Below the pieces are notes generated by a model. The model did no database searches, was not told where the DNA came from, and worked only from the letters and a program-made list of their open reading frames with translations. 64,000 nt of DNA from Nemertoderma westbladi (lineage: Eukaryota; Animalia; Xenacoelomorpha), in assembly GCA_032718475.1 (NCBI GenBank), contig JAUCBJ010006897.1, positions 40,910-104,909 on the forward strand. Direction: 5' to 3'. Both the position numbers and the translations under genes were made by a program. This document shows, one piece after another, positions 12,755-24,470 of the stretch. How positions within the stretch are numbered: position 1 is the first letter of the stretch; each line of letters begins with the position of its first letter.

Positions 12755-13628
12755 TTAAACTATCTGCAGTTACCAAGTCTGACTTAAGGGGGTAAAAGTG
12801 ATGCTTTATAAGTAGATGGAAATCTGCTTATAGGCCTATTTTGTTTATAATTATTTTGAGTTGACACTTAACATAAGTTTATATAATGTGCTTTGCAAGC
12901 CCAAGGCCACACTTCGTGTATTATGTATAATTTATTGTTGAAAAGGCCCTTCAAAAGTTCTTAAGCCTTGACGATTAGATATTTAACCCCCCCTAGCGGT
13001 AGACTGTGGAATTGCACAATGCCACAAAATGTCCCATTTCGTTGAGACACAGTCCATAGGTCCTTATGAACAGTTTCATCATTATAAGTTGAAATTATAA
13101 TGAAATAAACATATAATAATAATAATTATGCGGACCAAAGGAGCTTCATGACCCCCTTGACGTGATATCCAAGACATTTGGGCAGACAATATCGGATGCA
13201 ACAATTATAAAAATGTATTGTTTTATAGAAAATATATATTTTTGTATCAAATTATTGTATACGAACTAAAATTATATACGAATTAAAACAAAATCAAATT
13301 CAATGTAAAATTACAATTGCACACAACCAAGCCCTTTCCAATATATAAAAAAAACTGCCATCCACCCACACCACAAGCACAGCACAATGAACAAAACCTA
13401 ACACGCACCACATTGCACCGAAATATCAATTTTAGCACATATTATTATTGACAACATTTAACAATCGTATTCGCACAGTTATTTTTACAAGCAAATGATT
13501 TAAACAATATTATCAGATTGATTAGCATTATTACCTAGGATTTACATTTTATAGTCAATAATTCATAACTATTCAAAAGACAAATTATTACGATATTTCC
13601 TCACACTGTATTGCTTTACAGTAAAGTA

Positions 13629-13940
13629 TTACTTCTGGGATGCTTTCCTTTGAAGTTTCATTACATTAAATCTACTTTTAATTTGGGTCAGTGTCATCTG
13701 AGGAAATATGGGTGCTGCAGACCTTAGTCTTCTATCAGTCATGCGACATATGCCTTCTAGCTCCCTAGCAAAATGTTCTTTTAACTTAGAATTCTGTGCA
13801 GAAGTCCATACCACATTAGATCTCTTGCTTGATCCAACGGTTTGATTTAATACTTTGGAAAGATTTATCTTGGAATTGCCACACTCACAATTAGTATTTT
13901 CTTCCCTTGACTTAATGAGTGAACCTTCAGAATCACTCAA
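13629..13940 (-). pseudogene. C-terminal fragment with Myb/SANT-like helix-turn-helix character
   Basis: KRSNVVWTSAQNSKLKEHF...PQMTLTQIKSRFN. The 5' side is cut by an RTE tail. Confidence 0.35.
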
Positions 13941-13944
13941 CTGA

Positions 13945-14021
13945 TACTACTACTACTACTACTAGGATCGGCATGCTGCACTGCAGCTGCATTTTTAAGA
14001 ATGCTGTGCCGGCTTATCGAC
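13945..14021 (-). mobile_element. RTE 3' terminal ~75 bp with (TAG)n tail
   Basis: Reverse complement matches ~58148-58223. No TSD visible. Confidence 0.9.
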
Positions 14022-14447
14022 TCTGTAATTCTCTGCTGCGTTCCACAGCGTTAAAGTAATCTCGTGTTTTGTGGAGTCACGAAGAGTCCACTCTAAGAGT
14101 TTTAATGCTTCTCCCTTGGCCGATTCTCGCTCTATCTCCTCAACGTCAACCAGAAAGGCCTTTATTGGACCTGAAAGATAAATTAAAAACATATTAACAG
14201 CCAGGAAATTAACGATTTTCTTTTGATGACAATTTGTAAACTAATGAACTTGCGAATCTTGATATTATTATAGCTACTTGAAAAATAATGCGAGCAAAAT
14301 ATTGTATATTTCTGATATTATTTCTCGTGATATTTTTCAATACAACCGAATGAAATAAACATGGTGGATAAATAAATATGCTTGCTTACCTTTTATATAC
14401 GATCCCACTTTCCGTGTAACAAAGATAGTGAAATCTGTGATGTTCAT
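14022..14447 (-). CDS. Truncated two-exon gene, RPA1-like OB-fold (possibly Helitron-associated)
   Basis: Exon 1 14447-14390 (ATG...AAA G), GTAAG donor, TTTCAG acceptor, exon 2 from 14170. Spliced in frame: MNITDFTIFVTRKVGSYIK-GPIKAFLVDVEEIER...LLEWTLRDSTKHEITLTLWN. The LxDxTxxxIxLTLW pattern is OB-fold-like. Confidence 0.55.
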
Positions 14448-14839
14448 TGGGGAACAACTAATTTGATAATATACTGTAAGTAAATAATATACACTTTAAA
14501 TACCTGAACGAAATAAAATTATTTGAATGTTTAGCATAAAAAGTGATATTTATAAGGCCTTGAAGTTGTATGTGCTAACGAATGCCATACAATCAGCTGT
14601 AGCCAATCAAGATAGCGTCTAATTATCACTTCAGTTGACATCTAGATACATTGGGCAATATTCAATTTGATGGTTTGCTATCATGGTGAAACGCGAAATT
14701 GGTTGACTTCAGCACATTATCATTATATTAATTTGCTTCAGAGATGCAGAGCAATGGCAAATTATATGGCTAACAACAGTGATATTAGTTTATTTGGTTC
14801 CAGTAATATGCAATCGAATCCCTCTAAATTAAATTACAA

Positions 14840-15734
14840 GGTAATGGTGAAAAATATCGAGACTTGAAAAATATCGAGAGTAAAAATGATGAGAATAAAA
14901 ATAACGAGAGTAAAAATAACGAGTGTTGAAAATTAACGTGATTAAAAAATATCGAGAGTAAAAATAATGCGAGATGAAAAATATCGAAAATAACGAGTGT
15001 TGAAAAATATCGAGAGTAAAAATATCGAGCTGTCAGGAGTAAAACACTAGAACACATTTTTTTGTACTAGAACATTTTTAGGAAAACAATTATCATACAA
15101 CCCTTATTAAAAATAATTGTTACTATCGATATTTTTACTCTCGATATTTTTCAACACTCGATATTTTTACTCTCGATATTTTTAAACACTCGATATTTTT
15201 CAACACTCGATATTTTTCAACACTCGATATTTGTACTCTCGATATTTTTCAACACTCGATATTTTTACTCTCGATATTTTTCAACACTCGATATTTTTAC
15301 TCTCAATATTTTTACTCTCGATATTCTTCAACACTCGATATTTTTACTCTCGATATTTTTACTCTCGATACTTTTCAACACTCTATATTTTTCCACACTC
15401 GATATTTGTACTCTCTATATTTTGCAACACTCGATATTCTTACTCTCGATATTTTTCAACGCTCGATATTTTTTTTTACTCTCGATATTTTTTGAACTCA
15501 CGATATTATCGTTATTTTTCAACACTCGATATTTTTACTCTCGATATTTTCAACACTCTATATTTTTCCACAATCGATATTTGTACTCTCGATATTTTTC
15601 AACACTCTATATTTTTCCACACTCGATATTTGTACTCTCGATATTTTTTGAACTCTCGATATTATCATTATTTTTCAACACTCGATATTTTTACTCTCGA
15701 TATTTTTCATGTCTCGATATTTTTCAACATAACC
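14840..15734. mobile_element. Foldback-type MITE with arms built of CTCGATATTTTT subrepeats
   Basis: Left end GGTAATGGTGAAAAATATCGAGAC matches the reverse complement of the right end GGTTATGTTGAAAAAATATCGAGAC. Probable 8-bp TSD AATTACAA/AATTAAAA. Arms ~190 bp and ~610 bp. Confidence 0.85.
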
Positions 15735-16056
15735 AATTAAAAATAATAATTTATTGGGACAATATTTTTTATTTTTGGAGAGAGTATATATTAAATTGAT
15801 AGTTGATATTTTAATATGCTGCATGCATAAAATAAACTTGCATGAAAGAATCCTTCTAATAACCGAATCAACCCTTCTTGCATGGAAATAAACTAGTTAT
15901 ATACATATGTCCATCATATGGTGGGTGGCTTTTTATATTTTAATTTATTTTTAACACGTATTTGTTTTTAATAACACAAGTTTAGACGAGATAATGATAA
16001 TGAAAAGGGCAGACATTGCATTATGAACTGAGAAAGTGAGTAGTATCACATATAAT

Positions 16057-16296
16057 GGGGGCTAAACGTTACACCTACACCTACTTGTAGGCAGTTTAGT
16101 AAAGAAGCAGGTTACAGAAGCGAGTTGAATGTAACCAACACAATAAATGAGAGATAGGAAACATTTATTTAATTGATAATCAGCAGTTTGAGGATCAACA
16201 GTGAGATGTATTGGCTTACCGGCAGACAGGTATATGTACTGTATGTGTAGGCGTGTCTAGGCATTTGCTGTAAGAGTAGGCGTAGAGTTTACCCCC
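16057..16296. mobile_element. 240-bp MITE with GGGGG termini and 8-bp TSD
   Basis: TSD CATATAAT at 16049-16056 and 16297-16304. TIRs GGGGGCTAAACGTTACACCTAC and GTAGGCGTAGAGTTTACCCCC. Confidence 0.8.
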
Positions 16297-16702
16297 CATA
16301 TAATGGGGTTCTTGGAAAACACGCAACGCAACGCAATGGCGCAATATAACTTAACATAGTTTATTTAATTTCGCGCCATTTAATTATACTGAAGATCGTA
16401 CTGCACCTTTGCGATGAATGAGGTGAGATTTTGGCCACTCGGGGATCCAGATTTAGTTTACGGGGTAGGTAACCGAACATACAAATTATATTATTTGTGA
16501 TATATTGTTTTTAAGTACAGTATAGGATAGGCACAATGGGTCAAGGCCCGGTGAAATGTAAAGAATAATAATAGTTGTATCGGTACGTTTTATAATTCAT
16601 TAATTAACTTGTATATTATAATAGTATGATAGCAAAATATAATCATTTAAGTATTTTAATTAAGATTATTTCATAAGAGTTTAGAACTATAAGATAATCA
16701 AG

Positions 16703-17363
16703 TCAAGACAATTTTGTGAGATCATTAAGTCGATCAATTTCTCTAGACTGTTCTTTTAGAGGTTTATACTTCATTGTAAATTTCCGACTCAACTCTATTA
16801 GAAGGTGAAGGCCACGCAAAGATTTTACACGTGATAATGCAACATATGCCCCCCTGTCCATTGAAGGAGCTCCAGCCGGATTCACCCCAGTCTCTATATC
16901 TATTATAATGGCTTCCAAGGTAAGACCTTGCACATTGTAAACAGTTAGAGCATACGCTGGACTTATGGGGATTTGCTTTAAATTGACAGAGAAGGTAAAT
17001 GATTTTGTTACCTTGATTCTAACAGTTTGTTTGGAAAAAGTTAAAGGAAAACATCCTAAACGTACGATCTCGAACTCAACTGTACATTTTTGAAAGATAG
17101 GTTCGATAATTATGAATTCGGGAACACGAGATGCGCGTTTCACAATTGTAGAGCTGCCTGGAGCATAGAATTCATCAATAAATGTTGTATCCTTTGGGAA
17201 TTGAACGCCCTTCACTCTGCCAATGGTTCCATTTGCTATCCCTATTTCAACGGCAATGTTTTGAATTACAATAATTGGCATATCATAAAATATATCAATA
17301 AGCAGTGGTAGGCCTTCGCATTGGTCATCGCGCATGTACTGGAGAAGTTTCTTTTCAATGTTT
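16703..17363 (-). pseudogene. PIF1-family helicase C-terminus (Helitron/Helentron type)
   Basis: NIAVEIGIANGTIG, QIPISPAYALTVYNVQGLTL and YVALSRVKSL. The 5' part is replaced by the 19-bp array. Confidence 0.9.
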
Positions 17364-20300
17364 AGGATCTAAGTTCACTTCCAGGATCTAATTTCGCTTC
17401 CAGGATCTAAGTTCGCTTCCAGGATCTAAGTTCGCTTCCAGGATCTAAGTTCGCTTCCAGGATCTAAGTTCGCTTCCAGGATCTAAGTTCGCTTCCAGTA
17501 TCTAAGTTCGCCTCCAGGATCTAAGTTCAGATCTTGGTTCGTTCAATTCCAGGATCTAAGTTCGCTTCCAGGATCTAAGTTCGCTTCCAGGATCTAAGTT
17601 CGCTTCCAGGATCTAAGTTCGCCTCCAGGATCTAAGTTCAGATCTTGGTTCGTTCAATTCCAGGATCTAAGTTCGCTTCCAGGATCTAAGTTCGCTTCCA
17701 GGATCTAAGTTCGCCTACAGGATCTAAGTTCAGATCTTGGTTCTAAGTTCATTTCCAGGATCTAAGTTGGCTTCCAAGATCTAAGTTCACTTCCAGGATC
17801 TAAGTTCGCTTCCAGGATCTAAGTTCGCTTCCAGGATCTAAGTTCGCCTCCGGGATCTAAGTTCGCCTCCGGGATCTAAGTTCGCTTCCAGGATCTAAGT
17901 TCGCCTCCAGGATCTAAGTTCACTTCCAGGATCTAAGTTCGCTTCCAGGATCTAAGTTCGCTTCCAGGATCTAAGTTCGCCTCCGGGATCTAAGTTCGCT
18001 TCCAGGATCTAAGTTCGCCTCCAGGATCTAAGTTCACTTCCAGGATCTAAGTTCGCTTCCAGGATCTAAGTTCGCTTCCAGGATCTAAGTTCGCCTCCGG
18101 GATCTAAGTTCGCTTCCAGGATCTAAGTTCGCCTCCGGGATCTAAGTTCGCTTCCAGGATCTAAGTTCGCCTCCGGGATCTAAGTTCGCTTCCAGGATCT
18201 AAGTTCGCCTCCGGGATCTAAGTTCGCTTCCAGGATCTAAGTTCGCCTCCGGGATCTAAGTTCGCTTCCAGGATCTAAGTTTGCCTCCGGGATCTAAGTT
18301 CGCTTCCAGGATCTAAGTTCGCCTCCGGGATCTAAGTTCGCTTCCAGGATCTAAGTTCGCCTCCGGGATCTAAGTTCGCTTCCAGGATCTAAGTTCGCCT
18401 CCGGGATCTAAGTTCGCTTCCAGGATCTAAGTTCGCCTCCGGGATCTAAGTTCGCTTCCAGGATCTAAGTTCACCTCCGGGATCTAAGTTTGCTTCCAGG
18501 ATCTAAGTTCGCTTCCAGGATCTAAGTTCGCCTCCAGGATCTAAGTTCAGATATTGGTTCTAAGTTCACTTTCAGGATCTAAGTTCGCTTCCAGGATCTA
18601 AGTTCGCCTCCAGGATCTAAGTTCAGATATTGGTTCTAAGTTCACTTTCAGGATCTAAGTTCGCTTCCAGGATCTAAGTTCGCTTCCAGGATCTAAGTTC
18701 GCTTCCAGGATCTAAGTTCGCTTCCAGGATCTAAGTTCGCTTCCAGGATCTAATTCGCCTCCAGGATCTAAGTTCAGATCTTGGTTCGTTCAATTCCAGG
18801 ATCTAAGTTCGCTTCCAGGATCTAAGTTCGCTTCCAGGATCTAAGTTCGCCTCCGGGATCTAAGTTCGCTTCCATTATCTAAGTTCGCCTCCGGGATCTA
18901 AGTTCGCTTCCAGGATCTAAGTTCGCTTCCAGGATCTAAGTTCGCTTCCAGGATCTAGGTTCGCCTCCAGGATCTAAGTTCAGATCTTGGTTCGTTCAAT
19001 TCCAGGATCTAAGTTCGCTTCCAGGATCTAAGTTCGCTTCCAGGATCTAAGTTCGCCTACAGGATCTAAGTTCAGATCTTGGTTCTAAGTTCACTTCCAG
19101 GATCTAAGTTGGCTTCCAGGATCTAAGTTCACTTCCAGGATCTAAGTTCGCTTCCAGGATCTAAGTTGGCTTCCAGGATCTAAGTTCACTTCCAGGATCT
19201 AAGTTCACTTCCAGGATCTAAGTTCGCTTCCAGGATCTAAGTTCGCTTCCAGGATCTAAGTTCGCCTCCTGGATCTAAGTTCAGATCTTGGTTCGTTCAA
19301 TTCCAGGATCTAAGTTCGCTTCCAGGATCTAAGTTCGCTTCCAGGATCTAAGTTCGCTTCCAGGATCTAAGTTCGCCTCCAGGATCTAAGTTCAGATCTT
19401 GGTTCGTTCAATTCCAGGATCTAAGTTCGCTTCCAGGATCTAAGTTCGCTTCCAGGATCTAAGTTCGCCTACAGGATCTAAGTTCAGATCTTGGTTCTAA
19501 GTTCACTTCCAGGATCTAAGTTCGCTTCAAGGTTCTAAATTCACTTCCAGGATCTAAGTTCGTCTTTAGGATCTAAGTTCGCTTCCAGGATCTAAGTTCA
19601 GATATTGGTTCTAAGTTCGCTTCCAGGATCTAAGTTCGTTTCCTGGATCTAAGTTCGCTTCCAGGATCTAAGTTCGCTTCCAAGATCTAAGTTCGCTTCC
19701 AGGATCTAAATTCGCTTCCAGGTTCTAAGTTCACTTCCAGGGTTTAAATTAACATCAAGGATCTAAGTTCGACTTTAGGATCTCAGTTCGCTTCCAGGAT
19801 CTAAGTTCAGATCTTGGTTCTAAGTTCACTTCCAGGATCTAAGTTCGCTTCCAGGATCTGAGTTCGCCTTCAGGATCTACGTTTACATCTAGTTTCTAAG
19901 TTCGCTTCCAGGATCTAAGTTCGCCTCCGGGATCTAAATTCGCTTCCAGGATCTAAGTTCGCCTCCAGGATCTAAGCTCAGATCTTGGTTCGTTCACTTC
20001 CAGGATCTAAGTCCACTTCCAGGATCTAAGTTCGTCACCAGGATCTAAGTTCAGATCTTGGTTCTAACTTCACTTCCAGGATCTAAGTTCGCTTCCAGGA
20101 TCTAAGTTCGCTTCCAGGTTCTAAGTTCGCTTCCAGGATCTAAGATTGCCTCAAGGATCTAAGTTCAGATATTGGTTCTAAGTTCACTTACAGGATCTAA
20201 GTTCGCTTCCAGGATCTAAGTTCGCTTCCAGGATCAAAGTTCGTTTCCAGGATCTAAGTTCGCTTCCTGGATCTAAGTTCGCTTCCAGGATCTAAGTTCG

Positions 20301-21717
20301 CTTCCAGGATCTAAGTTCGCTTCCAGGATCTAAGTTCGCTTCCAGGATCTAAGTTCGCTTCCATGTTAAAAGTTCTCTTCCAGGATCTAAATTAACATCA
20401 AGGATCTAAGTTCGTCTTTAGGATCTAAGTTCACTTCCAGGATCTAAGTTCAGATCTTGGTTCTAAGTTCACTTCCAAGATCTAAGTTCGCTTCCAGGAT
20501 CTAAGTTCGCTTCCAGGATCTAAGTCCGCTTCCAGGATCTAAGTTGGCTTCCAGGATCTAAGTTCACTTCCAGGATCTAAGTTCGCTTCCAGGATCTAAG
20601 TTCGCTTCCAGGATCTAAGTTCGCTTCCAGGATCTAAGTTCGCTTCCAGGATCTAAGTTCGCTTCAAGGTTCTAAATTCGCTTCCAGGATCTAAGTTCAG
20701 ATCTTGGTTCTAAGTTCACTTCCAGGATCTAAGTTCGCTTCCAGGATCTGAGTTCGCCTTCAGGATCTACGTTTACATCTAGTTTCTAAGTTCGCTTCCA
20801 GGATCTAAGTTCGCCTCCGGGATCTAAGTTCGCTTCCAGGATCTAAGTTTGCCTCCAGGATCTAAGATCAGATCTTGGTTCGTTCACTTCCAGGATCTAA
20901 GTCCACTTCCAGGATCTAAGTTCGTCACCAGGATCTAAGTTCAGATCTTGGTTCTAACTTCACTTCCAGGATCTAAGTTCGCTTCCAGGATCTAAGTTCG
21001 CTTCCAGGTTCTAAGTTCGCTTCCAGGATCTAAGATTGCCTCAAGGATCTAAGTTCAGATATTGGTTCTAAGTTCACTTACAGGATCTAAGTTCGCTTCC
21101 AGGATCTAAGTTCGCTTCCAGGATCTAAGTTCGTTTCCAGGATCTAAGTTCGCTTCCTGGATCTAAGTTCGCTTCCAGGATCTAAGTTCGCTTCCAGGAT
21201 CTAAGTTCGCTTCCAGGATCTAAGTTCGCTTCCAGGAACTAAGTTCGCTTCCATGTTAAAAGTTCTCTTCCAGGATCTAAATTAACATCAAGGATCTAAG
21301 TTCGTCTTTAGGATCTAAGTTCACTTCCAGGATCTAAGTTCAGATCTTGGTTCTAAGTTCACTTCCAAGATCTAAGTTCGCTTCCAGGATCTAAGTTCGC
21401 TTCCAGGATCTAAGTCCGCTTCCAGGATCTAAGTTCGCTTCCAGGATCTAAGTTCGCTTCCAGGATCTAAGTTCGCTTCCAGGTTCTAAGTTCACTTCCA
21501 GGATCTAAATTAACATCAAGGATCGAAGTTCGTCTTTAGGATCTATGTTCGCTTCCAGTATCTAAGTTCAGGTCTTGGTTCTAAGTTCACTTCCAGGATC
21601 TAAGTTCGCTTCCAGGATCTGAGTTCGCCTCCAGGATCTAAGTTGACATCTAGGTTCTTAGTTCGTTTCCAGGATCTAAGTTCGCCTCCGGGATCTAAGT
21701 TCGCTTCCAGGATCTAA
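17364..21717. repeat. 19-bp satellite GGATCTAAGTTCGCTTCCA, ~229 monomers, with higher-order structure
   Basis: Period 19 read directly from the sequence. Variant monomers recur at 890-bp spacing. Confidence 0.98.
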
Positions 21718-22179
21718 AATATAGCCATATCAACCAGATTGTCATACATTGCTTTATTCATGGAGATGAGCCATATATGCTTATTTCTAATTTATACACT
21801 ACACTATATTGTTCTTATTTAAGTATAATGTTCAGGTTGTCAAATGTAAACTTTGTTAATTTATATTTTAATAAATTTTCCCAACTGCAGTCAGCAGTCA
21901 GTCCGATTCAAGTACGATATCTAGGCCTACCCATTACAGTAATTGTTAATTAATACCTACTTCTGATAATAATACAGTAATATATATACCTAATAAGTTA
22001 ATACATGTAATACCTAATCTGATAGTAATATTTAGTAAAAGGCATAGGAACTGATTCTTCACTATTGCTGTATTGCCAGCCGGACAGCCAGATTGTACAG
22101 CTGTACAGTATTATTACATTACTCCAGTTCCAGTTCAAATATTGGAATACCATATACTGATATAACAGTATAACGAACA

Positions 22180-24470
22180 GGTCAGGTCAGGTAATTCTAG
22201 GTCATTGATCAAGAAAACTTGCCACCTCCATGCAGCATAAAGGAGGTGCCACCTGTAGCTGCATAGACCCTCTTACTAGGTCAAATCTGGTCCTGTAACT
22301 AGGACCCCCTTCGTTCTGGGATAAGGATGCCCTTGGTCCTGGATTAAGGACCCATATACTTGGCTGCAGGGGTATTTGGCCTGGCCAGGCAGATGGTGAT
22401 CTACCAATGGCTGGTCAGGAGTAGAGTATTCTCATGTCCACTCTGAGTGCACTTCACTGCGACCTGTACCTGGCAGCAGGGGTACAGGGCATGACCCAGC
22501 AGATGAGCTGCACAGCCAATGGTGGGTCATGTGTGCGAGAGTAGATATAGGTGATGGGCCTCATATCTGACTCCACTGCGACACCCACCCTGTGGAATGG
22601 CAAACCAGGGTGTGGTATTTGCCCCAAGAGCTGACTCGGCAAAAAAGCACCCCCCGACCCCCACTATGGATTACATTAGTAATGCGGAGGTCCAGCCACT
22701 AGAGGCCAGTGGAATGACTGGACACAATCGGCCTCACAGGCGTCAGTTATCTCCTGACCGGCTGCCTGTCTCACCCCCTACTGGAGAGAGAGCGGCAAAC
22801 AATTCTTTGAGTCCCTTTCCTGATGACCTTTCTGGCCTAAACCCTGGGTCACCAGGGAGGCCAGATTATGAGGGGGAGAGGGATTCTGGAGTTGGAGGCT
22901 ACTCTCATGTTCCACCGCGACCAACAAAGCCATTGGTGAATCTGAGGCAAGTCACTAGACTAGCCTCAGTAAACACCCTAACACTCGGGTCCCCAATACG
23001 ACAAGGTGTGCTGACTGCCTTGGCAGATAAGCTTTCTCTTAGTGCAGTGGGTGTTCAAGAGCACCGAATGCAGACTGGACAGACTGTGATGAGGTTGTGA
23101 TTAAGGACATGAGGGGGGGGGGGGGGGGGGGGGCAATGGCAGTCATTACATTTACACTACGACCCTTCTCCAGTGATCACCGCCTTATTGTGGCCAAGGT
23201 AAGACTTAGTCTGCGTGCTAGCAGAATAACGAAATCTGCCTTGCAGCGGCATGACTGGTCCTCTCTGTTGCAACAGCCCAGTGTGAGATCCAGATTCACA
23301 CTACAGCTGAGCAACAGGTATGAGGCTCTTGCCTCTGAGGCGGCAGATCACTGTGAGGGCTATACTGCCTTCATAGAGGCAGTTAAGTTAGCAGCTGCAG
23401 AAACAGTTCCTGTATACCCTCGAAACAGGAAATGGGCCCCCTGGACTGACAACAAAATTCAGAAGTGCCGAAATGACCTCTACAAGGCGCAGAAAGAGTC
23501 CTGACTCAAACAGACTACAGCGGCCAAGAATGCAGTTAAGGCTGCATCTAGGTCCCTGAACAGGCAGTACTCTGTTAATGTACAGGAGCTAATAAACCAA
23601 CAGGTTGATGCCATCAATGATGCTGACGACAGCAGGCAATCATCCCATGCATGGAGATCGATCAACTTGCTTGCTGGTCGAAAAAGCCAACCAACCACCA
23701 AGGTTCCGGCTGAATCACCAGCCGATCGCATCAAAAAAGAAAGACAAGCATCTGGCTGTTATCTTTGTTGACTTCTTCAAGGCCTTTGATTCAGTCTCTC
23801 GCTCACGTATATTCAGCATACTTTCATTATATGGGATTCCTGATGAAATTATTGCAGCAATCAGATCACTATACGATGGTTCGACAACATTTGTGTCTAC
23901 TGTTGACGGTGACACAGAACCATTTGAAGTGTTATGGGGCGTCCTCCAGGGAGACACACTTGCACCATTCTTGTTCATAATTGTTGTTGACTATGTTCTA
24001 CGCATGTCCTTAGATCATCATAATGATGATGGGGTGATGATAACTCCACCTACTGGCTCCAGAAGTCTAGGAAATCCCGCCAAGTACCTAACTGATCTAG
24101 ACTTTGCTGATGACTTAGGAGTACTCTCAGAATCACTAGAGGGAGCCCAACGGCTCCTCAGCTCATTAGAACATGCTGCTTCTAGTGTTGGTCTTTTTAT
24201 TAACTCCAGAAAGACCAAAATTTTGACAGTTAACTTTGAAAGTCCTCAGCAAGTCTCTGATCGGATGAGCATAAGCTCAAAAGATGGTATGCTTGAGCAT
24301 GTGGATGACTTCTTTTACCTGGGATCATGGATCCGGAAGTCAGGTGAGGACCTTCGAATATGTAAGGGATAGGCATGGGCAGCCTTGAATTGGCTTTCCA
24401 GGATTTGGAAGTCACCGAAAATTAATCGGAAACTTAAGGTCCGGTTATTTAGAGCAGCAGTAGTTCCAGT
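22180..24470 (+). mobile_element. RTE-clade LINE: 5' end present, two internal deletions, 3' end missing
   Basis: APE start RLASVNTLTL...AVGVQEHR and APE end SDHRLIVAKVRL. RT motifs FVDFFKAFDSV, GVLQGDTLAPFLF and DLDFADD. Near-identical to 57079-57761. Confidence 0.95.

Noticed and set aside
15231-15799. Hydrophobic ORFs resembling membrane proteins
   Set aside because: They are translations of the foldback subrepeats.
16389-16420. Hammerhead-like CTGAAGA plus stem
   Set aside because: No GAAA core after the stem and no stem I/III.
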